The translations under genes and the position numbers were made by a program. A stretch of DNA of 64,000 bases, taken from Saccostrea cucullata. Its lineage: Eukaryota. The notes below the pieces were generated by a model that was not told the DNA's origin, did no database searches, and worked only from the letters and a program-made list of their open reading frames with translations. Of this stretch, positions 13,641 to 24,877 are shown one piece after another. The stretch covers positions 1 to 64,000 of the forward strand of contig NW_026940531.1 in assembly GCF_032062105.1 (NCBI RefSeq), given 5' to 3'. Every line of letters starts with the position of its first letter. The first letter of the stretch is position 1.

Positions 13641-14639
13641 AAAAGTATTACGAAAGTTTGATCATCTGGATCTAATATTGAAAGTCATTTAATCTTTTAA
13701 GATAAGGAAATTTTAATGAATAAACAGAAAAAATGATGCATTCAATTAAAAAATGTAAGAGTTGTAAAATATTATATGCTTTAGAAACTTATTTTCGAAA
13801 ATAAAAAAGAAATATAAAGAAGAATATACATGTAGTTACCTATAAGTCATAATGCATATCAGATGCTTACTGACCACATGTAACTGTCTTTTCAATTATA
13901 ACAAAGAAGTTTAAAATATTGTGAGTGCAAATTAACCAGAGAAAACAATCAATAAAGCATGAAAATAATTCAATGATTGTCTTATGACAATTTTTTTTTT
14001 AATTTTGTATTACAAACTCAAGGCTGACAAAACTTAACGAAATATGCATTAATGGCAATGTCAATGCATAAAATAACCTTTAAAATTGCTTCAAAAACAT
14101 CAATATACAAATTGAAAAGGTATTATAAGGATTTTACCTCACATAATTTAAGGATGGTCATAAATTGTGTCGATCCGTTAGAGATCTATGGTTCTTGCTT
14201 AGGAAGCACCGTTACACGATTCCTAGATGTGCATGAACTTTGATAGGAGGAAAAATAAGCCAATTAAAATATGTTGTCCATCATAACACGCTGCTGCTTC
14301 CAAACGGAAGTGTATGAAAAAGGAACCATGTAGACTTGAGAACCAGTCTAAACAGATATGAAAATATTTGACTGGCCTGCCTGTCTGATATCTGATATAT
14401 ACAGGCAAGTGATCAGTAATTGTAAAGAGCCCTCTACCGGCCGCTTTTTGTTTAAAGACAATATAGTTTATTCTCAGTCTTACACTAAGAGTGATGGAAA
14501 ATGATAAATCAATTAACTATGTAATCTAAACTCTGCTGAGTTTTACATTGTTGAGAAGTTATTGTTATTTAATGAAGAATTTGAACATGTTTCTTCTGAA
14601 TGTGGATGTAAAACACCTTACATTGTTGGAAAAAAAACT

Positions 14640-15330
14640 TGAGAAAACAAATGAGCTGTTGTTTATTGACACAGATACTGGTGCTTCATCTTTTTTTTAT
14701 AACAAGAGTCAAGGAAACCCAAGCAAGAGTTGTCATTGACATTGAGGACCAGTGGCCAGATCAAATGCAAAAAAGTTTAAGTCCATACGAATATTTTCAG
14801 GAGATAGATCCCATTTTATGCACTACAGACATTCCCTTCGACGCCACTGGTTTTCACAAGCAGAATCATACACGTGAAAACAATCTAAGTGAAAATCATC
14901 GTCGACTTCTCATAGGTGGTTTACGTGCTAGAAAAATTCTTCTAGTTACACCACTCTTGAAATGGTATCTCAACCATAGAATGGATGTGACCCGCATTTA
15001 CCAGGTGATTGAATATACCCCCAGTAGATGCTTTCGAAACTTTGTGCGCGAAGTGACCAACGACCGTCGCCTTGGAGATACAATTTAGGGATCCATCTAT
15101 GGTAATTTCAGCCGATATATCAAAGCTGAAAGGTCATTCTATCTATAGATCACTTATCATGGATCAGTCTAAACATCAGGAAAGTAAATATGTAAAAGGA
15201 ACTGAAGAAGCCACCATAGAAGTGAATGATACCAAATTCATAAATCTCACCGATCTAGGATACCATGTTTTCGAAATAGAAAAAGCGAGGAGTTGAATTT
15301 CGTATGACCTCCCTGTACAACTTGGTACTC
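14640..15330 (+). pseudogene. Polinton/Maverick-like protein-primed DNA polymerase B fragment
   Basis: RRLLIGGLRARKILLVTPLLKWYLNH...IYQVIEYTPSRCF..FVREVT..RR.GD, then EVND.KF..L..L....FEIE..R...YDLPVQLG. Frameshifted and internally deleted. Confidence 0.7.
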
Positions 15331-15490
15331 TTTTACGGCACTGGGCGCATAGTGTTTCACAAAAACATCTTGTTTTTTCTCCATTTCTTTTTGAGAAATC
15401 AGTTAAAATAGAATCCACGGGTATTTTGTACTACTTTAAATTTTTTAGACTGATGCTGGGGAAGAAGATGTCACTGTTCAGATTTCATCC

Positions 15491-15754
15491 ATGAGGTTTT
15501 ATGTAACTGAAGAGGAATTCAAGTACCTCTATGGATTAGATGTGAAGGAATTTGTCGATGAATTCCACCTCCTTCTGAAAAGAGGTCAGCTGAGGACATT
15601 AGGTAAGTTTGCTTTAGTATTTAGGTATAAAAGCTTTAAACTGACAAGAAAGGTGTATAATCAAGTCTCACACATGTATCAGATACATAACAGAAAATTA
15701 ATCCTATTTACAAAAAAGCATTATATTGAGCATTACTTTATTGATATGTGTTAA
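15491..15754 (+). CDS. 87-aa hypothetical protein next to the pPolB fragment (possible Polinton accessory ORF)
   Basis: ATG-to-stop ORF intact in both arms, protein-like composition, downstream AATAAA at ~15889. Confidence 0.4.
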   Translation: MRFYVTEEEFKYLYGLDVKEFVDEFHLLLKRGQLRTLGKFALVFRYKSFKLTRKVYNQVSHMYQIHNRKLILFTKKHYIEHYFIDMC

Positions 15755-17594
15755 TATCTGTGGATATATAGTATAATTAAAGGGATATGTTTTGTCATAC
15801 ATGTGCATGAATTCAAATATATTGCATTTTTAAATTATTAGGATAGTTCATCCAGAGGAACTATTGTAATTAACGCATGGCATATTTCAATAAAATTTTA
15901 AATTTAAAAAGTTTATTTAATTTTTTTTATATATTTTACTCTGTGCAACAGTGAGCAAAAATTTATAAATCCACGCATGAAAGAAATATTGGCCAGTCAT
16001 AAAGATGATAAGGTAGAAACAAATTGGATGATGCGGATTTAATCCCCCCCCCCCAATTTTCAGGCCCATCGGAGGTTCCAAAAGCAAGGCAAAGAAGCCA
16101 GTACAAGCATACCCGTACTTTCTGGGAAGAAGTTGAGGTAAGAACATTGAAGTATTCTGAGATTCCTTTACCATGTGATACAAAGTTGGTCGGGGGAGAG
16201 GGTCATAGCTATCAGAATGCCAATCTGTTTGTCTGTTTTCTGTTTGTACAATATTATAATGTATGAAACAAGCAATGTACTAAGTATATGAATACAAAAG
16301 AATATTAAGACAGGGTACTGTCAACTCCAGATAAAGGATAAAACTTTCAATTTATGAAGTATGAACATCAAACATTTGTTAAAAATGTCTGAAAATTTCA
16401 GAATAGAGTGAAAGTCTGTATGGTACTCTTTCCTCCTTTACCACTTTTTTCAAATGAATGTTACCTTAATGCAGTCTTTATTGCATAGAACCCCCCACCC
16501 CCAACAACAACAACCAAAAAAAAAAGTTGGCTTCGCCAATCAATTTATAGGTGTACTCTGACATTTTGTTAATGTAACTATTTGAAAACCCTAAACAAGA
16601 TTCAATTTTAGATGCATAATTACACATTTAAAAGCAAAAGATTCACCAATTTACAGTAACTAAGTTGTTTGTTGCTTGCATGCTAGATTTTTTATTCATG
16701 AAATAATGTACATTGTACATGTTGTATATGCTTAGCGTATAAATAGCTTAACACTAATAAAAGCTAAAAGCAGGTGAAACATGTATTCCTTGGAAGTCTC
16801 TAGTTTATAATTATACACAAACAGGATATTTTTTGTTTTAATGCAAAATTGGTCTATAATTCTTATATCTTTATTTAGCTTCTTGAAAATCTCCATCCAG
16901 AGAATGGGTTGCTGAGAGAAGATGAAATGCTTAACACAGCAGCTAAAGAATGGAGACGGCAGGCAGTGTCTGCTGAGTATGTGACGTGTTAAAATTTTTA
17001 TGTTTTTTCTTTGTGATAAAAAGTGTAATATCAGCTATTAGTCTAGCAATAACTCATCTTTAACAAAATGGAATCAATAAACTGAATTGGTAAATTCATA
17101 AGTGTTTTTTTCTTGGTGATAAAAAGTGTAATAATAGCTATCAGTCTAGCAATGTAAAATATTTAATAAAGCATCTTTAAAACTCATTCTATCGTAAGTG
17201 GCATTAACCCCCAGTGAAAATAATCAAACACAAAACCATAGCAGTGAATAGAAATCAATGTTGGTTACTTTCACAGAAAAAGTAAACGTTAATAACCTCT
17301 TTAATTTATTTATCTTTGCCTTTCAAAATGTTATGAATATTTCAAATGATTACAAACTGTGATATTCTATTTTTTAGAATTTAGATTTAAAGATTTCCAT
17401 CCTTAATACTATAGGATTAAATTTTTTACTCTTAAATATCCGTCAGATACATAATACTCTTATATTAAGAACCCTCTCTACACTGCATACTAAAGAGCTC
17501 TGGTTCTATTGTAATTTTTTGCAGTAGTTAATAAACAAAGATGGCATTGGAGTCTAAAGGGGAGGGGGGGGGGGGCGTTGTGTCGTTGTCAAAC

Positions 17595-18035
17595 TAGCCG
17601 TTATGTTTGTGGGATACGATATTCCGGCAACAAGGAAACTGTGCGGGTTTTTGGGCCACACTGGTTGTTCGAAGTGTTTTAAAGAATTTCCCGGGACTGT
17701 AGGAAATAGAGACTATTCCGGTCTTGATAGAAATGAGTGGCAGAAAAGAGAAACAAAGGACCATACTTCTCGTATTGATAAAGTTTTGGGAGCTAAAACC
17801 AAATCTGAAAAGTCGAATTTGGAGAGTGATATGGGTGTTAGATTTTCAGACCTAAGTTGTCTGAGTTATTTTGACCCCATCCGAATGTCGAAATTGACCC
17901 CATGCATAATATGTATCTTGGGTCAGCAAAGCATATGATCAAAGTTTGGTTATCTACAGGGACAATTCTTGAAGATTCTTTTGAAAGCATTCAGAAAAAA
18001 GTTGACCCCATGGAAACACCTGCATCACTGGGAAA
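17595..18035 (+). pseudogene. CMC/EnSpm(CACTA)-like DDE transposase fragment
   Basis: DIPATRKLCGFLGH..GCSKC.KEFP...DYSG...GVRFS.L..LSYFDPIRM, then a frameshifted DPMHN..LG..KHM. Confidence 0.65.
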
Positions 18036-18254
18036 AATACTATTTCTGACGACTTGTTAATTGAGTGCCTATCCTTGTTTGGGACAGGCGCGTGTCCCTA
18101 ACTGGAAGAGTAAGGGTTGGTGCTTGTGTTAGTGTTGTATTTGTTGTGCAAATTTCTACGTTTTCTGAAACAAACTTTTTCATTGTGGTGCCATTTAAAG
18201 CAGTTAGTGTTAAAAGCTGGACATGTTTCTCTATTTCTACATGACTCAACACAA

Positions 18255-18970
18255 TATTACAATATTTGCATCTGAAGCTCTGTTGTTCATTGGGTCTGTC
18301 ATCAGTCTGTCCGCGTGGTTGGTACTGGGGGCGTCTGCCAGGTTGGTTGTTCCAGCGTTGTTGTTGCGGTGGTTGGCCGGCCACATGGAGAGCACTGATT
18401 TCGGCTTTAATGTTTTTGGTTAGTTCCGTCATCTGGGTAGCTAACACGGTACACAAGTTGGCAAGGCTGGCTCCACTGTTGGACGTCTGTGGAGCACTTT
18501 GAGGCTGAGTGTCACTTAACTCCACTTGAGTCTTTGAAAGGGCATTTCTCAGTTCTTAAAATGTCTTTGGTTCACGGGCCAAAACTCTTCCACGCCACGG
18601 AGGTAGGAGACCTGATGCAGTGGCCTGAACTTTGTAGTATTCAGCAATGTCATGTATCATGCCAATGCGTTCGGCTCTCTCTAGGTATTGGTCAAGTGTT
18701 TCACTTGTATCCTGCCGAATTACCATGAGAGGCATTCCATACATTATGGGTTGAAATCTTTCTGTTAGTTGCTGCTTAAATGTTGCAAGGTAATTGCATG
18801 GAGGCATGGTTTGGTACCATGTGCTTGCACTCCCTTCTAGGGCACAAGGAAGTAAGTCCAGGATTTTCTGGTCATTGTAATTATTGAACTTCTGCCATGC
18901 GTCCATTTTAGAAATCCATATCACTGGGTTTCAGAACCATTGAACGTTGGGAGGCTTAATCCAGTAGCCA
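18255..18970 (-). pseudogene. Gypsy-like gag fragment (mirror copy)
   Basis: ORFs 18556-18924 and 18040-18525 mirror 2045-2809. Confidence 0.7.
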
Positions 18971-20118
18971 TAATCACTGGGTCACACTGAATGGTTTCTA
19001 TCACTGGGTCACACTGAATGGTTTCTATCACTGGGTCACACTGAATGGTTTCTATCGGTGGGTTGTCAGTTTCCTCTGTATTGGTGTCAGTATTGATGTC
19101 AGCTGTTATCGTCTAACTTTGGGTTGACGTTTCTTCGGGCTGTTGCACAGTGTCCTGCAGATATGTTTGTTCTTCTGCAGATGCAGTTTGTCAGGTCTTT
19201 ATGGTATAGTTGATTGGTCTGTTATTTCTCATCTGTCCTTATTAGTTTAAAGACGTAAACTTTATTCGTCTCCTGTCCTATTTTCAGGTCATTACATCAG
19301 CAAACAAAAATATCACCAAAAACACGGTGATACATTACTCAGCAGTGAGGGACCTTTCTTGTTCGCTGATCCTTAGGCCCCGTGTCTTCAGCGCCTCAGT
19401 AAACCGTTCTTCTCAAACATGTTCAAAATATACAATATTTAATTGCATAGTTTTTGTGAAAAAAAAAACAAACAAATATATTCTACATTTAGGGTTCATG
19501 TACTTGCACGCAGGGCCCGTGTCTGTCTGTAGCTCCTTAGCATATTTTTTTTTGCTCCGACGTGCGATACTGATTCTCTCAACACAAATTTTAAACATAC
19601 ACATAGAAATTATTTATTATTGTGATAATCCAAGTCTACACTTATGGGTATTGTAATCTGAACGCATTTAAGGAGGAAAACATACCCAAAAAATCCTTAA
19701 TAGGAAAGATAACCAATGCTGACAAACTGGCAAAGTTACGCCATCCAAATATTACATCCTAAAAGCTTCAAATTTCTCAAAGGACTACATCATACTATTA
19801 TTACATGTACACTGAATTTAAATTTTGTTAATGGACATTTTTAAAACCAGCTCAATATTAGGTAAATCGTCGGTCAAACGTTTTGATTGAAAAGTAATAT
19901 TATCCTCTGCCACCTATACGCACGACGATCGTGCTAATTACTAATATCCGCACGTTATTCATACGACGGTCGTGCTAATTATAAATGGTATTCGCAGGAC
20001 AAACTTCAACATTTATTTATATCGATTCCTTAAAGCCTTTTTTACACGCTCCGATTTGTAAGATGTGACTTGCAACATCTTCCAAATTAGATGGTTAAAA
20101 TAGGAAAATTATAATTTT

Positions 20119-20701
20119 ATGCTTGAGTTTCTGATTGACAATATCTATGTGGCTAACAACCAAGCTATATGATAAACGTGATGACTTTAACTTTTCTATC
20201 GTCAACTTCCCTTACTTATGCAGCAATATACCTTCATCACCTGCATACAGAGTATTTATATCTCAGTTGATTCGATACGCTAGAGCATGCTCTACGTATG
20301 AACAATTTCTTAAACGAGGTAAATTATTGACAAGCAAGTTGATGAAACAAGAATATCAACAGTCTCGTTTAAAGTCATCATTTTGTAAATTCTATGGTCG
20401 ATACAATGACCTTTTCAACAAATACAATTTATCATTGAATGAAATGCTGACTGACGTTTTTCATACCAATTGTTTGTCCATTATTTATACACTGAATTGA
20501 CCACGGATTTTTTTCCGTTATTTCCTGATTATGACAACGAGCACACGGCGGGTGTGACCGGTCGGCAGGGGATGCTCACTCCTCCATGGCACCTGATCCC
20601 ACCTCTGAAGTTTCGGAGGTCCGTGTTTGCTCTGCTCTTATTTTGTATATTTGTTTAATGGACGTTGAGAGTGAATACTGTTCGTTATTTCCATATCCTT
20701 C
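20119..20701 (+). mobile_element. Naiad-type Penelope-like element 3' fragment, truncated at the duplication junction
   Basis: TKLYDKRDDFNFSIVNFPYLCSNIPSSPAY.VFISQLIRYARAC (PLE RT thumb). The ORF ends without a C-terminal GIY-YIG domain. Confidence 0.8.
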
Positions 20702-21869
20702 ATAGAGATGGAAATGAAGTACTTATTGCAAAAGGTATCACAAGTGCTTGTCCATATGCTATGTTTCTGCGTTATACAAAAGAGGCTGAAATTGATTTAT
20801 GTTCTGATCATTTTCTTTTTAATCCCGCTTTCAGAAGTAATGGTTTTTCAAAATTGATATTTAAAAACAAGAAGCTTATTTATACTGCAGCAAAGCAATA
20901 TATTGATACTTTTATAAAATATTGGTCTCCATTCTCTCAGATCAGGGGGTGCAACTGCGGCTGCAAATGTTGGTGTTAATGAAAGGTTTTTACAAAGGCA
21001 CAGGCGTTGGAAATCGATGTCTAGTAAAATGTTTATGTCAAAGACTCTTTAGAAAAAAGATTACATGTAACGAAACAATTGTTGTTGTAAGTTATTTATA
21101 TATATATATTTTTTTTCTAGTCCCTTTCTCTCCCTTTCTTTGGTTATGTCTATTGTCAACCTGCTCGGTGCGCTACAATGCACATTAAGGTGTTAATTGT
21201 GTTTATATATAAAGGTGCATAGTGAAATGAAGTGTTGACTTACATTTTTTCGCGTTACGAAGTATAGCGAAAAATAATTGTCCTGACGACATGTAAACGA
21301 ATACGAAAGTGTGGTGTTACTAAGGTAAAATTGCTATGTAGGTTTCAGCCAATGAAATGTTAGTATTGAGAAAAACGTGTTCGATTGAATATACGGGTGG
21401 TTAGTAAGGGTTCACTTTCTAGCGCACGCTTTCCCGAGCACGTCGTGTTTTAAATTTTGTTTTTTAAATACAATAGTTGAATTTATAATTTTTTTTCAAA
21501 TTAAGAATAAGCTTTTTGGATGTTTTAAAGGTGAGTGAGGGTCCGCCACTCAATTTTTTCGCTTACTCTGCATTTGCCGCGGATACACAGGTTTCCATAA
21601 TTTTTTCAAAATATTTTTTATCTATGGTTTTTCCTGGGCGGCAGAGGAGGCTCTAAGGCTTAGATTCTATTGCATCAATATAAATCTCGATGTGTGTATA
21701 TGTTTTTACCTGTTTGTTTGTTGGCAAAATGTTATATCAGAACTGCTTTGTTTGTATGTTTGAAAATATTCAATACAATAAACCTGGCGCCAACCTACTC
21801 GATGCGCTACAATGCATATTAAGGTGTTAATTGTGTTTATATTTAAAGGTGCATAGTGAAATGAAGTGT
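20702..21869 (+). mobile_element. Tyrosine-recombinase retrotransposon (Ngaro/DIRS-like) 3' end
   Basis: YR C-terminus (G.EVLIAK....CP..MF.RY, H..RSGGATAAAN, RWKS, KDSLEKRL). Split direct repeat at 21157-21235 and 21791-21869. Confidence 0.7.
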
Positions 21870-22529
21870 GGACATTTATAAACTGGTAAGCCAAACACCC
21901 AAGCTGTCATACCAATAAACCTGTCAGAGATACCCAACTTGAGCTTGCGGTTAATTAAGTTTCCCCAGGTTTTAAGGTGTTAATTAATAGCCAATGGCGA
22001 TAATGTGTGAAGTCATGACGCCAGGTGTGTTCAAAAGAACGAAAAAATCACTGCACTTCGAGAAAAGCCAGGTAAAAAAGGGCTTGGGACTTTGAATATA
22101 CTGCGACATAAGTAGGGTAATCGAGATTACCGTGTTCGAGATATCAGTATAGTTTTTTGAAATATATATGTAGAGAAAACGGCCGGGACCGGCGATCGAC
22201 TTAGACAGAAGCGGGGTATTCGTGATCCCCTTTGACATAAGCTATACTGTGATAAATGCGAAAATATTTTTATATGATTATAAATACCCTTATCATGATT
22301 CTTTTGAATTAAAATCAATATAATGCAAAAGACTTTATTTTTCAATATATTACCAGTTTTTTTTAATTATGTATTCATTTAAAAATTCTCAGTTTTATAC
22401 AATGTTAGGATACAGCGACAGCTTCAACCTGATATAGCTCAAGTTGGAGTGACCGAAATGTTGGACCAAAGCATCAATGAATGGCAAAGATCGACATGCA
22501 GAAAAAGAACTGAACTTTGAGGTATGTTG

Positions 22530-23295
22530 CACTTCGTATAATATTATTACAAGTATCTTTGGTTGAAGGGATTCAAGATTGTGAAAATGAAGGCCCACGA
22601 CTCTTTCAAGGGAGAGATGATAAATAATAAGTGTAAAATTAATCACACTGTTTGAAAAAAAATCTGAAGAACCACTGGGCCAAGAGAGATAAAACTTACG
22701 CGGAAGCATCCTCAGTTAGTGTACAATCAGATTTCTTCAAATCATGACCCCCAAGGGTAGGGTTGGACCCCAACAAAGTTGTAGACAGGAATATATAGGA
22801 AAAAAATCTTTATAAACATACATCTTGAAAACAGCAAAGTTATGATAGATCATATTTATGTGGAAGCAGCATCATGTGTTTAAAATCAAGTTTGTTCAAA
22901 TCTTGACCCCTGGAGGGAGGATAATTAATCAAAGCTAAAACCTTTTTTAGCATATAGGTCACAGTCAAGATCATTGATCTAGGTGTCATTTGAAAGAACT
23001 TAATTAGTAGAGTATGCATACCAAATGTGAAGTCTCTATCTCCTATGGTTAAAAAAATATGACCATAGTTCAAAAAAGCTATTTTTAGCATAAGGTCACA
23101 GGAAAGGTCATTGCACTTGGTACCATATGAACAAGCTTAATATGTGGAGTATGCATACCAAATATGAAGTCTTTTACTCTCTCAGTTCAAAAGTTATGGT
23201 GAAGGTTAAAGTTGACAATAGAGAGACAAACAGATAAACAGACAGGCAGGACAAAAACAATATATGCCCTATCAATGGATTCTGGCGCATAAAAA
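22530..23295 (-). mobile_element. Degenerate HINE/satellite-type repeat fragments
   Basis: Repeated ggtcac..tcattga..gtatgcataccaaat.tgaagtct units, a (GACA)n microsatellite and a terminal gcataaaaa. Mirrored at ~56185-56945. Confidence 0.45.
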
Positions 23296-23753
23296 AATAT
23301 TCATGTGATCTTTCACTTGTCTGCACATAAGCTTTTATTTCTGAAATAATAATGTTTGCTTTATTTAAGGAATGTTTTTCAGTTTTGTGTGAGTTATTGG
23401 TGTGTGAATCACGCAGACTTGTCACGTAGGCATATTTCATGAAGTGAGTGTGTTATGCCCTGGTGGAGGAGATCATGAATTTGTATGGAGAGTGGGGGTG
23501 AAGCAACAGACCAACAGCAAAGTCAACCGAATGCTCTTTGCCCAATACTTGTATGGGAGAAGGAGGCGGTACCTTCCGCATGAAGAAAGAAAAAGTAACG
23601 ATTTAAAATAAATGTAACGAGTAACAGAATGCTCTTTGCCCAGCTGCTTGGACTGAGAGAGGAGGGCACCATCTACAAGTTCCTTGGTGCCTTATTGTCC
23701 AAGACACTTTCAAAGAAGGAGTTCAAAATTTTTTTAATGAATTGCTTTCTGAA

Positions 23754-24246
23754 GAAGGATATGGAAATAACGAACAGTATTCAATCTCAACGTCCATTAA
23801 ACAAATATACAAAATAAGTGCAGAGCAAACACGGACCTCCGAAACATCAGAGGTGGGATCAGGTGCCATGGAGGAGTGAGCATCCCCTGCCGACCGGTCA
23901 CACCCGCCGTGTGCTCGTTGTCATAATCAGGATATAACGGAAAAAATCCGTGGTCAATTCAGTGTATAAATAATGGACTAACAATTGGTATGAAAAACGT
24001 CATTCAGCATTTCATTTAATGATAAATTGTATTTGCTGACAAGGTCATTGTATCGACCATAGAATTTACGAAATGATGACTTTAAACGAGACTGTTGATA
24101 TTCTTGTTTCATCAACTTGTTTGTCAATAATTTACCTCGTTTAAGAAACTGTTCATACGCAGAGCATGCTCTTGCATATCGAATCAACTGAGATATAAAT
24201 ACTCTGTATGCAGGTGATGAAGGTATATTGCTGCATAAGTAAGGGA
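23754..24246 (-). mobile_element. Naiad-type PLE 3' fragment
   Basis: ORF 23978-24187 (IRYARAC...KFYGRYNDL) and the shared 3' end. Confidence 0.8.
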
Positions 24247-24877
24247 CTATTTCGTATTCAGTTTGGTTTTTAACCTAACAAATGATATAAAAGAAAAGTT
24301 AGTAGGTGGTCCTAGGTTCGTTAAAAACAATCAAAGTGCCATCAGTACTTAAATATCACACTGATAATTATGAGGTCTATATCTCATGTTTCTTGGAAGA
24401 AATTAAAGGACAGGTACGTTTTAACACTGAACTGTTGAAAACATCCAAACAAAAGTCGATGTCCCTTTCCCAGTTGGAGAAAATAACCAGAAATAGACCT
24501 TTGAAAAGGTTTTACTTTGAAAAACCTTGAGAACATGGACAACTTAGAGAAGTTCGAAAGTGTGGATCAGTTATTTATGGTCGAACTTCAAGTTTCTTTT
24601 TTTTATTTGAATATATTTCAAAGTTTGATTGCACTTGTGACAATTAGAGATAAAAAGTTAAATTTGAGAAACTAAGCTGATAGCTTCCTATTAAGCTTTA
24701 TTTTGCATTTGGGTTGATTTTTTTTTTCAACATAGCTATATTTACTTTAATGAAAAGGATCTTCATTTTAAATAAAGTGGCTAGTAAAGGAACACATAAA
24801 TAGCAGAATAAACAGCATGTTGATAAGATTGTAAAACTCTATTGATTTTAAGACTTGATTAATTTATTCTTTTGCAG

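Larger units (their letters stand above)
11764..20116 (-). repeat. Giant inverted repeat 1, right arm (A')
   Basis: Begins tttctcattctgacgtc, the reverse complement of the end of arm A. Ends taggaaaattataatt, the reverse complement of 957 onward. Confidence 0.95.

Noticed and set aside
957-20116. Arms as TIRs of one giant Polinton or foldback transposon
   Set aside because: No TSD or Polinton terminal motif, the arms are degraded mixed TE fragments, and the boundaries cut through other elements.
20470-20658. 62-aa ORF repeated at 73-261
   Set aside because: It lies in the Naiad 3' UTR, and its recurrence reflects repeat copies.
30-20701. Palindrome 1 extending to the Naiad copies at 30-393 and 20119-20701
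   Set aside because: 394-956 has no mirror and the Naiad copies have different truncation points and flanks. The 20119 copy belongs to palindrome 2.
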